Sequence record: DRR723986_11331
DNA length: 35,916 nucleotides
Reading direction: 5' to 3' (one strand)
Position numbers and translations under genes: made by a program. Positions 34,334 to 35,916 of the stretch are shown piece after piece. Numbering within the stretch: the stretch's first letter is position 1; every line of letters starts with the position of its first letter. The notes below the pieces were generated by a model. It did not search any database, was not told the DNA's origin, and saw only the letters and a program-made list of their open reading frames with translations.

Positions 34334-34888
34334 ATGGAAAGCGGCATCGACATCGGGGAAATCTGGACACAATACCGGTCTGGCCTGAAGGCTTTTGTAC
34401 ATGCGCGTGTATCCAACCCCGCGGATGTCGAAGATCTGATGCAAGAGATCCTAATCAAAACACATATCAAACTGGGCACTCTAAAGACGCAAGACAGCTT
34501 GCGGGCGTGGCTCTATCAGGTTGCCAATCACTCCATCGTTGATTTTTACCGCCGCGATAAAAGCAAACGACCGATCAACCCGGACGATCTGTGGTATGCG
34601 GCGATTGACGATGATCCGTTGCCCGATCTGACGCAATGCATTGAGCCGTTTATCGATGCCCTGCCTGTTGAATTTGCGGATCTTTTGCGCGCAATCGATC
34701 TGGAGGGGAAATCCCAGAAGGAGCAGGCTGAGACTTTGGGGGTCAGCTATTCCACTCTAAAGTCCCGTGTTCAGAGCGGCCGCAAGCAACTGCGCCAGGT
34801 GTTTGAGGCGTGCTGCGATTTCTCAGTCGACCAACGTGGTACTGTCGTTGATTACCAGAAAAAATCTGATCAGTGTGGGGATTGCTGA
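34334..34888 (+). CDS. sigZ: ECF sigma factor, SigZ-like
   Basis: DVEDLMQEILIK, AWLYQVANHSIVDFYR, SQKEQAETLGVSYSTLKSRVQ.GR, C-terminal ACCDF...D.RG. Confidence 0.85.
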   Translation: MESGIDIGEIWTQYRSGLKAFVHARVSNPADVEDLMQEILIKTHIKLGTLKTQDSLRAWLYQVANHSIVDFYRRDKSKRPINPDDLWYAAIDDDPLPDLTQCIEPFIDALPVEFADLLRAIDLEGKSQKEQAETLGVSYSTLKSRVQSGRKQLRQVFEACCDFSVDQRGTVVDYQKKSDQCGDC

Positions 34889-34931
34889 TCCTTTTTGGGC
34901 CCAATCCTTTTTTTCCCGATCCGCGCAAAAA

Positions 34932-34966
34932 TTGAAAAAAGCGGGGCACGGCTCCGTCTTTTTCAA
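34932..34966 (+). terminator. Imperfect hairpin between sigZ and GST
   Basis: TTGAAAAA-A-GCGGGGC-ACG-GCTCCGT-C-TTTTTCAA. Confidence 0.45.
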
Positions 34967-35012
34967 ATGACCCGCGTCTTACTCTTTGAACACACTCAAA
35001 GAGGATCGACCA

Positions 35013-35726
35013 ATGATCAAAATTGTTAGCTTTAAGATTTGCCCATTTGTGCAGCGCGTCACTGCGTTGCTTGAGGCAAAACAAATCCCCTATGACATCG
35101 AATACATCCAGCTTTCAGATAAGCCGCAGTGGTTTCTAGATCTCTCGCCCACTGGTCAGGTGCCGGTCCTGATCACCGAAGAAGGCGAGGCACTGTTCGA
35201 AAGTGACGCCATTGTAGAATACATCGAAGAAGTCACCCCTGCGCTGGTTTGGGGCGTTTCCCCAGTGCAACGCGCCAAGGATCGCGCTTGGGCATATCAG
35301 GGCGCCAAACACTATTTGGTGCAATGTTCGACCATGCAAAGTGCCGACAAAGACACGCTGCTGGAGCGCAGCGCCAATTTAAATAAAGCGTTCGAGAAGG
35401 CCGAGAAACAGTTGGGTGACGGACCCTTTTTTAATGGATCGCTCATGGGCAACGTGGACATCGCGTGGCTGCCTTTGCTGCATCGGGCACTGATAGTGAA
35501 ACAGCAAAGTGGTTATGATTTTCTGATGGCCTATCCCAAAATGCAGGCGTGGCAATCGGCCTTGGCAGAGACTGGGATTTTTAAAAAATCGGTGCCCGCG
35601 GATTTTAAGGAGGCGTTCACGAACTTTTACCTGTCGCCCAGAACATTTCTAGGGCGCGGTGCGGATTTGAGCGAAGAGGTCTCCGACTTAGGGTCTCCGA
35701 AAATATCTGGTGGGTGCTGTGGCTAG
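35013..35726 (+). CDS. Glutathione S-transferase, Cys-type (omega-like)
   Basis: GAGGA RBS, ICPFVQRV, KPQWFL..SPTGQVPVL, FESDAIVEYI, VDIAWLP; ends GGCCG. Confidence 0.9.
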   Translation: MIKIVSFKICPFVQRVTALLEAKQIPYDIEYIQLSDKPQWFLDLSPTGQVPVLITEEGEALFESDAIVEYIEEVTPALVWGVSPVQRAKDRAWAYQGAKHYLVQCSTMQSADKDTLLERSANLNKAFEKAEKQLGDGPFFNGSLMGNVDIAWLPLLHRALIVKQQSGYDFLMAYPKMQAWQSALAETGIFKKSVPADFKEAFTNFYLSPRTFLGRGADLSEEVSDLGSPKISGGCCG

Positions 35727-35741
35727 GGACTGAAAGTTAGA

Positions 35742-35767
35742 CCTGCCTCCCTGTGTTGGGGGGCAGG
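35742..35767 (+). terminator. GC-rich hairpin after GST
   Basis: CCTGCCTCCC-TGTGTT-GGGGGGCAGG; no clear U tail. Confidence 0.5.
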
Positions 35768-35891
35768 CAGCTTATTGTTCGAACAGCTGCCATATTGATG
35801 GAGTGTTTGTGAGATGCATGTCCCGCGCGGCTGTATATCGGGGCCGAATCTTACGGAAAATACCGGTAAAGCAAAATGTTCAGGGGAGAAG

Positions 35892-35916
35892 TGGCAGCCC
35901 GTAGGGGAATCGAACC
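35892..35916 (-). tRNA. 3' end of a tRNA, probably tRNA-Glu (truncated by window edge)
   Basis: Reverse complement reads GGTTCGATTCCCCTACGGGCTGCCA (T-arm, acceptor strand, CCA). Anticodon lies outside the window; identity rests on recalled alphaproteobacterial tRNA-Glu 3' ends. Confidence 0.8.

Noticed and set aside
34095-35891. Prophage or integrative element at tRNA-Ser
   Set aside because: No integrase and no duplicate of the tRNA 3' end found in the window.
1-35916. CRISPR array or rRNA
   Set aside because: No regularly spaced repeats or rRNA-like sequence; almost all of the window is protein-coding.

Overview
Alphaproteobacterial chromosomal window; gene content points to Rhodobacteraceae/Roseobacter group (inference). 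Left arm (1-9.1 kb): ECF sigma/anti-sigma/periplasmic sensor trio, PleD-like diguanylate cyclase, DUF3572, HAD hydrolase, MttB-family methyltransferase, DUF4153-like membrane protein and an H-NOX + HNOBA-GGDEF pair. Centre (9.37-26.2 kb): a tightly coupled 10-gene operon plus a peptidoglycan-binding protein gene. It encodes three SrfA-related proteins (one fused to a trypsin-like protease), SrfB (Hsp70/actin-like ATPase motifs), SrfC (dynamin-like GTPase motifs), a TM/Sel1-like protein, an exported vWA protein resembling the PpkA ectodomain without a kinase, and TagT/TagS/TagR-like ABC ATPase, permease and FGE-domain proteins. No T6SS structural genes are in the window. This operon is the best candidate for an undescribed system: an envelope-sensing module wired to an ATPase/GTPase/protease output. 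Right arm: SHOCT lipoprotein, cbiX, AEC transporter, the MBL-tatD-holB-tmk-dac-SPOR cluster, tRNA-Ser(TGA), a sigZ + Cys-type GST islet and the 3' end of a probable tRNA-Glu. All family calls come from motifs read by eye and recalled family knowledge; no searches were run.
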